Positions 1 through 12,900 of a DNA stretch of 24,503 bases are shown here, piece by piece (the stretch's first letter is position 1; each line of letters begins with the position of its first letter). The notes under the pieces were generated by a model that saw only the letters and a list, made by a program, of their open reading frames with translations, searched no databases and had not been told where the DNA came from. This stretch comes from a virus (taxonomy: Duplodnaviria > Caudoviricetes), in the IMG/VR virus record IMGVR_UViG_3300020449_000183, positions 1 through 24,503 of that record; one strand, written 5' to 3'. Position numbers and translations under genes: made by a program.

Positions 1-2
1 CA

Positions 3-926
3 CGAATTTATCCCGAAACTGAGTCAATTTCTGTTTTTGGAGGTGAAGAATTAGTTCCTCCTCAGTACGGAAAGGTCTTTATTAGCATAAAACCACGAAC
101 AGGTGATTTTTTACCTAATTTGATCAAAGAAAATATCAAAACTAAGCTTAAAAAGTATGCAGTTGCGGGAATTATACCAGAAATTCTTGATTTGAAGTAT
201 CTTTACCTTGAAGTTGACTCTAAAATCTATTATAACACCAATTTAGCACCAAATGCTGCTGCTGTTTCGACTTTAGCAATACAAAATTGCACAAAGTACG
301 GAGAATCAACTGAATTAAATAGATATGGAGCAAGATTTAAGTATAGTAAGTTCCTCAAGGTGATTGATGATAGTGCAGATGCTATTACTTCTAATATTAC
401 CACCATTCAAATGCGTAGGGACTTGAGAGTTTTAATTAATGCATTTGCAGAGTATCAAATTGGTTTTGGAAATGAATTCCATATTAAGAGTATGGATGGA
501 TATAATATTAAATCTACTGCATTTAAGGTAAGTGGGTTTGCAAATGATCTTTACCTATCTGATATACCTAATACCAATAAAGAAACAGGTTCCCTCTTTT
601 TCTTTACTCTTCCCTCTCCAAATTCAACCAGTCCTACAATCGTTAAGCGAAATGTTGGAAATGTTAATTATAAAAAGGGAATTGTGACTATTAATCCAGT
701 TAATGTGTTATCTGGAAAGATAAAAGATGGTCAACCTACTATAGAAATATCTGCTTGCCCTAAATCTAATGATGTTGTCGGATTACAGGACTTATATTTG
801 CAACTAGATATTAGTAACAGTAATTTTGAAACAGTTGTTGATCAAATTTCCTCAGGATTAGATCCAGCAGCATCAAATTATACCGTAACCTCCAGTTACT
901 CCAACGGAACACTAGTAAGATCATAA
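3..926 (+). CDS. gp6: Baseplate wedge subunit gp6, C-terminal part (5'-truncated by the window edge)
   Basis: The frame is open from base 3 (RIYPETESISVFGGEELVPPQYGKVFISIKPRTGDFLPNLIKENIK...), so the TTG at 120 is not the real start. GGEE-x-x-PPQYGKVFISIKP is typical of T4 gp6/baseplate-J-like wedge proteins. It lies directly upstream of the gp7-like gene. Confidence 0.9.
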   Translation, partial: RIYPETESISVFGGEELVPPQYGKVFISIKPRTGDFLPNLIKENIKTKLKKYAVAGIIPEILDLKYLYLEVDSKIYYNTNLAPNAAAVSTLAIQNCTKYGESTELNRYGARFKYSKFLKVIDDSADAITSNITTIQMRRDLRVLINAFAEYQIGFGNEFHIKSMDGYNIKSTAFKVSGFANDLYLSDIPNTNKETGSLFFFTLPSPNSTSPTIVKRNVGNVNYKKGIVTINPVNVLSGKIKDGQPTIEISACPKSNDVVGLQDLYLQLDISNSNFETVVDQISSGLDPAASNYTVTSSYSNGTLVRS

Positions 927-927
927 G

Positions 928-3900
928 ATGGCCGTAAAAAGAGTTCAGTTTAATAATATAGTTCAAAACCAGCTTCCTGAATATGTCAGGGATGAATTTC
1001 CGCTGGTTTCTGAATTTTTAAAGACATATTATCAAGCAAATGAATATCAGGGTGCTCCTGCTGATTTAATTCAAAATATTGATCAATATTCTAAAATAGA
1101 TGAACTTACTAATGTAGTTGATAAGGTTTCTTTGAATTCAGACATCACTGCGATTGATGAAACTATATCTGTGGATATGGGAGCTTATCCGCAAGGAACT
1201 GATGGATTCCCAGATTCTTATGGTCTTATAAAAATTGATAATGAGATTATAACTTATACTGGAAAAACAGATACTTCTTTTACTGGTTGTGTAAGGGGTT
1301 TTTGTGGAATATCTTCATATAAAGCAGAGACTAATCCAGATGTACTAGTATTCAATTCAACCACCTCTGAGGAGCATACAAAGGGGTCTGAGATAACGAA
1401 TCTAAGTACTCTATTCCTCAAGCAATTCCTATTAAAAACCAAATATCAGTTATTACCTGGACTTGAAGATAGATCTTTGCATTCTGACTTGAATCAGAAT
1501 GTTTTCATTAAACAAGCAAAAGATTTTTACTTAAGTAAAGGTACAGACCAATCTTTTGAAATTTTATTTAAAGCATTATATAATGAAGATGTAAAAATCA
1601 TCAGACCAAAGGAATTTCTTTTTACACCATCTAATGCACAGTATCAAGTAACTAATGATCTAGTTGTTGAAGCAATAGAAGGTGATCCAGTAGATTTAGA
1701 ACTAGCAACATTATTCCAGGATGAATATGGCACTGATATTGGAAAAGCATATGCTCCAATTACCAGTGTAGAGAAAGTTTTTACAGGAACTGCTACTACC
1801 GCATATAAATTAAGTGTTGATGGTGGATATAATAGAGATGTAAGAGTGGATGGTGCAATGTATGGTGCATTCTCCATTCATCCTAAAACTAAAGTAATAG
1901 GACAGGTAAGTGTAGGTACTACAACTCTAGATGTTGATTCAACTGTTGACTTTACCCATTCTGGAGAATTGTCTGTAGTTTATAATGATGCTACTACAGG
2001 TATTGTTTCTTATACTTCAAAATCAACAACTCAATTCTTTGGATGTTCTAATGTAACGGGAATTATCCCAGATGCTGCAAATATTGGAATCAATACTTAT
2101 GCATATGGAACATCGGTTAATGATTCTACCAAAACTGTTAAAGTTAGAGTTAATAAGGTTTTAAAGAACCTTATATATCCCGATAAGACTGAAGGATACT
2201 CTAAAGGAAATGTTGCCAAGATTAAAACATTAGGTACAAACGATAATACTTTTAAAGGTAAAAATTGGTTTTATAATATATCTCCAATTTATAATGTCAC
2301 TAAAGTAACATTAGTTGATAATGTCGATTTAGCATATGAAGTAGTTACTGAGAACGATACCATATTTAAGATTGGCGATACTGCTATTCTTAAAGGACAT
2401 GATGGAATTGATAGAGAAACTACTATTACTTCTTTAAATGCCGCAAATGCTTTTATTATTAAAGGTCAAGGAAATATATCTACTGCTCAAACTTATACTA
2501 TTCAGCGTCTTTTAAACAAAGGAAGATCAAATACTTTTAATGACCTTGAAAGATATTCTACTGATGTACAAAATGTTTATAAGAAAGATGATGATTTAAT
2601 AGTAACATCTCCATCTATTCCATCTTACAACGATCAACCATTAAATGTTTCTACTAGATCTGTAGTATTTTCTGGTACATTTAGAGGTGATACCTTTAAA
2701 ATTTCAGATAGTGAGCATGGATTATATACAGGTGATGCAATTTATTATATTCCTCAGAAAGTGGAGTATACTTATTATGATGCATTCTTTGCAAGTAAAA
2801 CAGGTGTAAGGGTTAATTCTTCATTGTTTACTACAGATTTGGAATTTGTAGTAACAGGTAATAATGGTGGATCAGAAGTATCTAATAGAGTTCCTCCTAA
2901 TGAAGGTTTGTATTTTGTTAAACGAATAGATTCTACTACTATTAAACTTGCCCGTAGTCGATCAAATCTTAATAATTCATCCTTTATATTTTTAAACAAT
3001 ACTGCTGTTGTAACTGATTGTATAATTGAACCTTATGCTTTAAGAAATAGTACCTTACAACCTCAGAAATTAGTAAGAAAGATAACACCTCCTATTAGTA
3101 GTGGAGTTGTTCATAAAACAGAACCAGGAACTACTGGTGTATTAATAAATGGTGTTGAAATATTAAATTATAAATCTACAGATCAAATAACATATGGAAA
3201 AATTAAATCTATTGATGTTGTTGATGGTGGAACTGACTATGACATTATAAATCCTCCTCTATTAACAATAACTGATCAAGTTGGAACAGGAGCAACAGGA
3301 TTTCTTGCTGTTTCTGGTTCTTTGACAAAAATTGATATTGAAGATACTGGATTTGATTATACTGCACCTCCGATTATTAATATTACTGGTGGTAATGGAA
3401 ATGGGGCAACTGCTTCTGTAAATATGAGGCAAATAGAGCATAAGGTTTCATTTAATGCTGGTGTTCCTTTTGCAGGTGCTGCTACTACATCTTCAGTTAA
3501 TCTTGTTGATAATACTATTGGATTTGGGAATGTTTATCATAAATTTAGAAATGCAGAAGAAGTAATTTATAATACCGATGGTCAAACTGCAATTGGTGGA
3601 CTTACTAAAGCATCAACATATTTTGTAAATGTAAAGGATGCTTATACTATAGGTATTCATTCTACATATCAAGCTGCTATTGATGGAGATGCTCCTATTT
3701 CTCTTACCTCTTATGGTGAAGGAAAGCAGTTGTTTAGATCTGTTTTTAAGAAATCTATTGTTGATTCTATAAATGTCACTAATAGTGGAAGTAATTATGA
3801 GGTTAAGACAAGAACAGTTCAACCTGTAGGAGTTAGTACTGTTTTAGATAGTATTAATATTGAAAATCATGATTATAGTTCTGGAGAAGTTATTAAATAT

Positions 3901-6900
3901 ACAACCGATGGAACTATAATAGAGGGTCTAGTTCATGGATCTGAATATTATGTAACATCAGTTGATAAAGATAATTTCAAATTATCTCTAACAAAAGACT
4001 TATATGATACAGAGCAGTATGTTAATATTGGATCAAAAGGTGAAGGTACACAGACATTTAATTATCCTGAAATTAGTGTTGAATTGGTTGGTAGTGTTGG
4101 AATAGATCCTGTAGGAGCAGATACATTCAAAGCTAAAGTACAACCTGTTTTCAGAGGAGAAATCACATCTGTACATTTATCTAATAATGGTGTTGGATAT
4201 GGTTCATCAGAGATTGTTAATTTTGAAAGAGCACCATTTATTAGTTTGACTGCAGGGAGAAATGCTCAATTACAACCAGTTATTAGTAATGGAAAAATTA
4301 TTGATGTTATTGTTTTAAATAGCGGAAGTGGTTATATTTCTATTCCTGATTTAGATATTAGTGGTGATGGTATAGGTGCAGTTCTTACCCCAATAATTCA
4401 AAATAATAAATTAACTGATGTTAAGATAATATCAGGTGGTGTTGGATATTCTCAAGCATCTACTACAATCAGTGTTTTTTCAACTGGTAAAGGTGTTAAA
4501 TTAAAATCAAATATTCAAAGTTGGAGAATAAATCTTTTCCATAAAGATCCGAATTTTACAAAAGATGATGGATTTATTACTGATGGTAATATAGGATTAC
4601 AATATACTCATTTATATGCACCAAGAAAATTAAGAGAAGTAATTTATTCCGTAGACCAGTCTGGTAGAATATTATATGCTAGACCTGATTTAAGAAGAGT
4701 AAACAATAGCGAAATCCCATCAGAGTTTCATTCTCCTATAATTGGATGGGCATATGACGGCAATCCAATATATGGACCATATGGATACCTTACAAATCAG
4801 GGTGGAACTATTGCCCAGATGAAATCTGGTTATTCTTTAGATTTAAAAGAAGGTAGACCTCCTATTTCAATATATCCAGAAGGTTTCTTTATTGAGGATT
4901 ATACTTATAGAGATGTTAGTGATAATACTGTCTTAGATGAAAATAATGGAAGATTCTGTGTTACTCCAGAATTTCCAAATGGTACTTATGCATATTTTGC
5001 GACTATTGATATTTCTGCAGCAGCATCTTCAGGACCATTTGATGGATATAAGGAACCGCAATTCCCATATTTAATTGGTGATAACTATAATTCTGTTCCT
5101 AATAGTTTTAATCACGATATTACTTCAAATCAAGATCAATATAATTTTGATGGGTGGTTTAGAAATACTCAACCTTATAATTTGATTAGTACTGAACTTA
5201 ATTATAAGTATATTTCTATTCCTAATGATTTAAAACAGACTGTAGATATTGTTGGTACTACTCCAGGTACTATTACTAGTATTGGAATTCAAACTGGTGG
5301 TATATTACATCAAGTTGGTGATAAAGTTAATTTTGATAACACTAATACACAGGGTGTGGGTGCTGCTGCTAGAGTATCACATCTTGATGGAAAATCTGTA
5401 ACTAGTGTTAGTGTTGCAAGTAGTGTAATTACTGGTGTAGAAATATATCCTTCTAATGTTGATGGAGAATATGAAATTGTATCTCCTTACCCCCACAATT
5501 TCTATAATACTGAATTACTTACTGTTAGTGGATTATCTACAACTTCATCCAAAATTGGTGGTACTTACAATATAGGTGTTAGTACTAATACATGGTCATT
5601 GACAGGTGTTGGTGATACTACAATTTCTGTAGATGCTGTATCAGCAACAGGAATAGTTACATTTTTAAATATTGCTGGTAATTTATCCAATAGTGTAATT
5701 AGAAGTAATGATATTTTAGGAATAGGAACTGAGCAAGTAAAAGTTTTAAATGTAGAACCATTATATTCTAGAATTAGAGTATTAAGGGAAATAGATGGTA
5801 CTGTTGGATCAGCTCATTCTGTAACAACAGTTGTTTATGAAAGACCAAAGAGATTAACTATTAATGCTGGTTTTAATACAACTTATAATTCTAAAGTCAA
5901 TAATGAACTTTATTTCAATCCTATTCATAGTGTTGGATTAGGAACTCTTACTGGAGTAGGTGTAGGAACTGTTATTGGTCTTAATAATCCAGGTGCAGGT
6001 ATAAGCGAAATCTTTATTCCTACAAAATCTTTATATATTCCTAATCATGGGTTTGAAACAGGAGATAAACTTACTTATTCTGCAAATACTGGTCTTGGAA
6101 TTTCTATTGCTTATAATTCTGGTGGGGCAGTATCAACCTTACCATCTACTGTCTATGTTGCCAGGATTAGTGAGGATTTAGTTGGTCTAGCAACAGTAAG
6201 AGTTGCTCTAGGTTCTACTGGTACCTTTAATGGCGTTGATAGTGGGTTTAAAGCGTCTACAACCCTCTTCTTTACTGGAATTGGTACGAATACCTATCAT
6301 AGTCTTAAAACCACTTACAAACCCATAACTGGAGAAGTTTCTCAGCACATTGTTACAGTTGCTACTGCTCAAACTCATGGATTATCAAATAATGATATAG
6401 TTAATGTCTCAGTTAATCCTATTAATACTACAACACATATTGTTAAGTATAACAAGTATAATAGAAGACTTGTAGTTGATCCTAAGACAGTTGTTGCTGC
6501 TAATGTAAACATATCTAATAATTCATTTACTCTTGCTAATCATGGATATTTAACTGGTGATAAAGTTATTCATAATGGAAATGGTTTAACTGATAATAGA
6601 ATTTATTATATTGTAAAAGTCGATAATAATACATTTAAATTATCTGAGACATATTATAAGTCTACTCAATTAAAACCAGTTATTGTTAATGTTACAAGTG
6701 CTCAAGATGCAACATTTAGTGCTATTAATCCACCATTAAAGGCATATAAAAATTCTACAGTAGAATTTGATTTGTCAGATTCATCTCTTTCTTATATTAA
6801 TCAGGCAACATCTTATGCAGCATTTGAATTTAATTTTTATACTAATAAAGATTTCACAGAATTGTGGAATACAAGTAAAACAACTAGAAACTTTGAAGTT

Positions 6901-9900
6901 CAGAGAACTGGTACTCCTGGTATAAGTGCAGATGCTAAAGTTAGCTTAAAGGTAGATGAAAATATTCCTGAAATATTATATTATAAATTAGATCCTATTT
7001 CTGAAAGTGATTTACCTGATTTATATAAAAATATTATTATAGATCCTGTAATTACTGGTAGTGAGATTGAATTTAATAATAGCGATTATAATGGAGAATA
7101 TTCAATTACTTTTGGATCTACTACTTCATTTGAGTATTCTATTCCAAATATACCTGAAAAGACTTCATATACCTCAACATCTTCAGATTTAAAATATAAT
7201 ACTACTTCTAAAACTGCTTTTGGTTCTATTAATAAATTTGAAATTACTAATGATGGGCAAAATTATTATACTCTTCCAGGTATTTCTAGCATTACTTCTA
7301 GAATAGGTAAAAATGCTTTAGTCGAAGCAAAGAGTAATACTATTGGAAAAATTACAAGAACTAAAATTAAAGATATTGGATTTGATTATCCTTCTGATCC
7401 TACATTGACACCTAGTGTTAATTTACCGCAATTTGTTACTATCGAAAGATTTGGAACTTTAGAGTCTGTAGGAGTAACTTCTGTTGGAAAGGCATATGGT
7501 ATTGCACCAAAATTAATTGTTTTAGATGGTGAAACTAAAGAAGAATTACCTGGTGTTGATCTAAAATATACTTTAGGTAATTCTAAGATAGAAATTTTGA
7601 ATAATAGTACAGGTATGTCTTTATTACCTCCAACTATTCTTCCTATTGAAAATTCAAATGGTGTTGGTATTAGTACTATTTCATATAATCCTAATACTGC
7701 TGATGTAACTGTTGAATTAAATGTTGGATTTAGTACTGCAGATACCTTCCCATTTAATGTAAATGATAAGGTGATGGTGGAGAATATAAGTGTTGGAGTT
7801 GGTTCAACTGGATTGGGATATAATTCTGTTAATTATAATCATCAGTTATTTACAATTACTGAAACTCATCCGAATATAGGTGGAATAGGAGCAACAGTTA
7901 CCTATAATATGGGTACTTTAATTGGTGCTGGTAAAACTATTGGAGAGTTTGTACCTGCTAACTCTGCTGGTAGAATTATTCCTGAAAAAGATTTCCCAGT
8001 ATTTGAAACAAAATTAACAACTACTGAATTCTTTGTAGGTGAAGAAGTTAAATCAAATTCTGCATCTGGTATAGTTGAATCTTGGGATACTAATGATGGT
8101 ATTTTAAAAATATCTGCAAGAGGCAGTTTTGTAGAAAATGAAGTAATTAAAGGTCAATCTTCAAATACTCAAGGAACTGCATCTTCAATAACTTCATATG
8201 ATGCTCATTTTGAAATGGGTGCATTTGCTAAAGTAGAAAAAGGAAATCAAACTGATTCAGGTGTCCTTAATTATAGTATGCAAAGAATCCAGGATAGTTT
8301 TTATTATCAGTGTTTTGCATATTCATTAAGATCTAAAGTTGATTTTGATACTTGGGATGATCTTGTAAGTAGTACTAATCATACTTTAGGATTTAGAAAA
8401 TTCTCTGATTATCAATTAGAGACTAATGAAGAAATTAATGCTTCAGTAGGACTATCTACTAATTTAACTTCTTTTGAAGTTATTAATGATTTAATTGGAG
8501 TTGGGGATTTAAATTGTGATTATAATTTTGATTTAGTAAAAGAAAATTCATTAACATTAGATTATAAAATAGCATCTGATGAAATAATCTTTAATAGTAA
8601 AGTTCTTACTGATTATTTTGAATCAATTGGTAATAGAGTGCTTTCAATTGATGATATTAGTCCACAATTTAATAGTCATCCTAGAGCAACTGAATTTAGT
8701 GTTGCTGGAACTTTTAAATTAGCAAATACTCGTTCTGCAAAATTTATTACCTTTATAAGAGATAAGAGATTTATTGGACAAAGACAATTAATGGTTGTTG
8801 ATCTTATTCATGATAGTTCTATTGCATATTTGAATCAGTACGGTAGAGTTGAGACTCAGTATGATCAAGGTTCTTTTGACTTTGTTATTTCTGGTAATGA
8901 AGGACAATTATTATTCTATCCTACTAAGTCTGCAGTTAATGACTATTGGGTCATGGCTCTTTCTTATAATATGAATGATAATTTCGTTGCTACTGGTGCT
9001 ACAAGTTTGGGTGGAGTTGCAACCATTGATTCACAAAGTGTGCAAGTAGCGTCTGGTACCCCAACTACTATTGTAAGTATTGCTACTACATATCGTTCTA
9101 TTAAATCACTTGTCAATATTACTGCAGATACAGGTCTTCAGAATAATGAATTTGAAATGGAAGAGTTGAATATTATTCATGATGGAACTGATGTAGAATT
9201 AATGGAGTTTGGACAGTTAACTACAACATTAACTCCTTGGGCTAATTCTGGTTTTGGAACTTATAGTGCTTATATTGATGGAGGTAATGTAAAGGTTGAT
9301 TTCCATCCAAATGCAGGAATAGGAACAACTGCAGTAGTTAATACAGTAAATGTTGCTATGGCAGCAGCTGCAACTGGTATTGGAACTGCTGATTTAAAAC
9401 ATGCAAGAATAGAGGCAAGAACTACTGCAATTGCTTCTAATGCAAATCCAACACCTACAGTTATTGCAGATTTCCCAAGTCAAGTGGGAGCAACTGATCA
9501 AGCATATGATGCTGGATATTTCGTACTTCAGGTTACTGATACAACAAATAATAGATATCAGATGTCTGAGTTTATTGTTGTTGATGATTATGTTGAAGAA
9601 CAGGGAACAGGTAATACTTATGATGTTGAGTTTGGTAATGTAGAAACAGTTGTTGGTCTTGGTACTTTTGGATCTAGATTGAATATTAATGCTGGAGCAA
9701 CTACTAATATTGAAATTGTATTTACTCCACTACCAAATATTGATGTTACAGTTAATGCTTATACTAATGCATTAAGAATACAAGATGATAATAAGACTTC
9801 AATGAGTCTTGATGAAGCAGGATCAGTAAATGCATTCTTTGGTGATTATACTGGTACTGATAGAGATATTAAGAGAGCATTTAATTTAACACATAATAAT

Positions 9901-12900
9901 TTTGAAATTTTCCAAAGAAGTTTTGAAGGAAATTCAAGTTCTATTGTTAGTGTTGATGCCAATACTATTAGCATTCCTAATCACTTCTTTGTAAGTGGTG
10001 AAAAGATTAAGTATGCACATGCTGGAGCAGGTTCTACTCAGGCAATAGAGATTACTAATACCAATTTCCCTGATTTAGGTGTATCTACTACTTTTGTACC
10101 TAGTGAATTATACGCTGTTAAGATTGATGCTGATAAGATTAAATTAGCATCTAGTGCTACAAATGCACTTAAGGTAGTTCCTGAGGTACTTGATATTACT
10201 AGCGTTGGTATTGGTACATCACATAGATTCGTTTCTACTAATCAAAATCCAAAAGTTATTGTTGCTTTAGATAATATTCTTCAGTCTCCAATAGTATCTA
10301 CTGCACAAACTACTGTTCTTGCAGATGAAATATTCACAACTAATGATTTAATTCCATTTAGTGGTATAACATCATTCTTCGGAAGTGATCTAATACAGAT
10401 TGAAGATGAAATAATGAAGATTGAAGGTGTGGGGATTGGTAGTACTAATATGGTAAGAGTTAGAAGAGGATGGTTAGGAACTCCACTTGCTGGATATGGA
10501 ACTGGAACTTTAATTACCAGGGTAAATGGTAATTATAATATTGTTGATAACACACTTAATTTCTCTGAACCTCCTTATGGAAATATCCCAGAGAGTTCAC
10601 CATTAAATCCACCAGATTCTAGAGATTGGGTAGGAATTTCTACAAGTTCTACTTTCCAAGGTAGATCATTTATGCGTAGTGGAGTTCCCAATACAACTAA
10701 TGAAACTTATTATAAGAATTATATTTTTGATGATATTTCTGCTGGATTTAATGGTATTAATAAAGACTTTAGATTAAAATCAAAAGGTCAAGATGTATCA
10801 GGGATTTCTTCAGAAAATGGAATAATTTTAGTTAATGATGTGTTCCAAGGACCAGGTGCTGATTATAATTATCAACTGTCTGAAGCATCAGGTATTACTA
10901 CAATAACCTTTACTGGAGGGGCACTTGATGTATCTACTTTAGATAGAGATGCCAATGCTACTAAGCGTCCTCTTGGTGGTACTATAGTTTCTGTTGGTTC
11001 AGTTGAAGGGTGGGGATATCAACCATTAGTTGCCGCTGGTGGTACTGCAATTGTAAGTACAGCAGGAACTATTACTTCTATTAGTATTGGTAACACTGGT
11101 TCTGGATATAGATCAGGAATTCAAACTGTTAATGTTTCAATTCAACAAGAAAGTCTTACTAGTATTGATAAAGTTGAAATTGGTACTGCTACTGTATCTG
11201 ATGGACATGTAACAGGAGTTGCACTTACTAATTCTCAAGTATTCTATAAACCCAGAAGTATAACCAATGTAGGATATAGTTCAATAACAGGTATAACTGA
11301 AATCAAGACATTCCAACCTCATGGTTTAATTCAAGGTGATGAAGTTAGTCTTTCTGGAATTGCATTTACATGTACTTATTCTGGTCCTAAGTCAATTACA
11401 GGATTTGCTTATAGTGCATCAACTGGAATTGCAACAGTAACAACATCTGGTTCTCATGGATATGAAACTGGTAAGGATGTGATATTTACTGGTATTGGAA
11501 TGACTTGTGGATTAGATAATGGTGCTACTGATCATTTCTACCCAAGAGGTGAAGATTATGCTTATAATAATTCAGTAGCAATTGCTGCCACAACATCTAA
11601 TAGTATTACACTTGATGTTGGAGTTTCTGGAAAGAATGACCAATATACACATGCCTTTGTTTCAGCAACTACTGGTGCAGTGAAGAGTGGTGGTGATTAT
11701 AGACATATATTTGCAAGTTCTACTTCAAATTCAATTAGTATTGCTAATACTACAAGAACCTTAACACCAACTGATGCGGCATATAATGCTGCTGTAGGAC
11801 TAGTAACATTTACTGTTTCTAATCATGGATTGTTTACTACAGATACTGTTGGAGTTTCAACAAATGCATTAGAATTTAGATGTGAGATGGATGATTACTC
11901 ATCATTACATTCATATCCTCGTACAACTGATCCTATTCATAATACTATGGTAGCAGTTGCTGCTACAACAGCAAATACCTTTACTATTGATGTTGGTACA
12001 TCTCCATTAGTCAGTCATAATGTTTCTGGTGCAACTTATGATGCTGCTTCGGGAATTATGGTATTAACCATTGGTGCTCATACTTTAAAAACTGGAACTA
12101 GTATTAAACTTGATACCGAATCTTTAGCATTTACATGTTCTAAAGATGGTAATGCAACTACACACAAATATCCAAGAAAACCTGATCCATATTATGCTGG
12201 TACAAAAGTTACTCAGGTTAATAGTGCAACTGAATTCGTAGTTAATGTTGGTATATCTACTGTTGAAACATTCTATAAGAGTGGAGGAAAAGTACAGGGA
12301 GTAATTGTTGCTCCAAGACCTACTGATGCTGCTGCTGGTAGGACAACTGTTTTAAGTATTATTGACAATAATACATTTAGTGTTAATAGTGGAGTATCAA
12401 CCAGAACACACTTCTATGCTCGTTCTGGTAAGGTTCAAAAACCTTTAGATGTGGTATTTGATTCTCCTCTTTCTTATGACGATATGCCATTAGTTTATGC
12501 TAATGGTGAAGCAGGATTTGGAACTGCAGGAAGAGTTGATGTTCAAGTTGGTCAAGGTTCTAGTGTAATTGATTTTGAAGTTGTTAATACTGGATATGGT
12601 TATGGAGCTGGTGATATCCTAACAGTTCCTATCGGTGGAACAACAGGAATTCCAACTACATATGGATTCCAAGAATTCCAACTTACTGTCACAGAAGAAT
12701 TTACTGATGAATTTACAGGATGGTCTATCGGAACTCTTGATATGCTTGATAACTTTGACAATAAGTTTGATGGTAGTACTCAGTCATTTAGAATTAGTAA
12801 AGCAGGAACATTAGTTTCTATTAGATCTTCTGCTGGTTCTAATATTAATGTTGAAGATGCTCTTCTAGTCTTTATAAATGATATTTTACAAGTTCCTGGA

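Noticed and set aside
120-926. ORF-track start at TTG 120
   Set aside because: The frame is open upstream to base 3 and encodes conserved gp6 motifs, so the gene starts before the window.
11248-12444. AAACC (Lys-Pro) at both ends of the repeat cassette as a target-site duplication
   Set aside because: It is only 5 bp in A-rich DNA and the exact junctions are uncertain, so it cannot be distinguished from chance.
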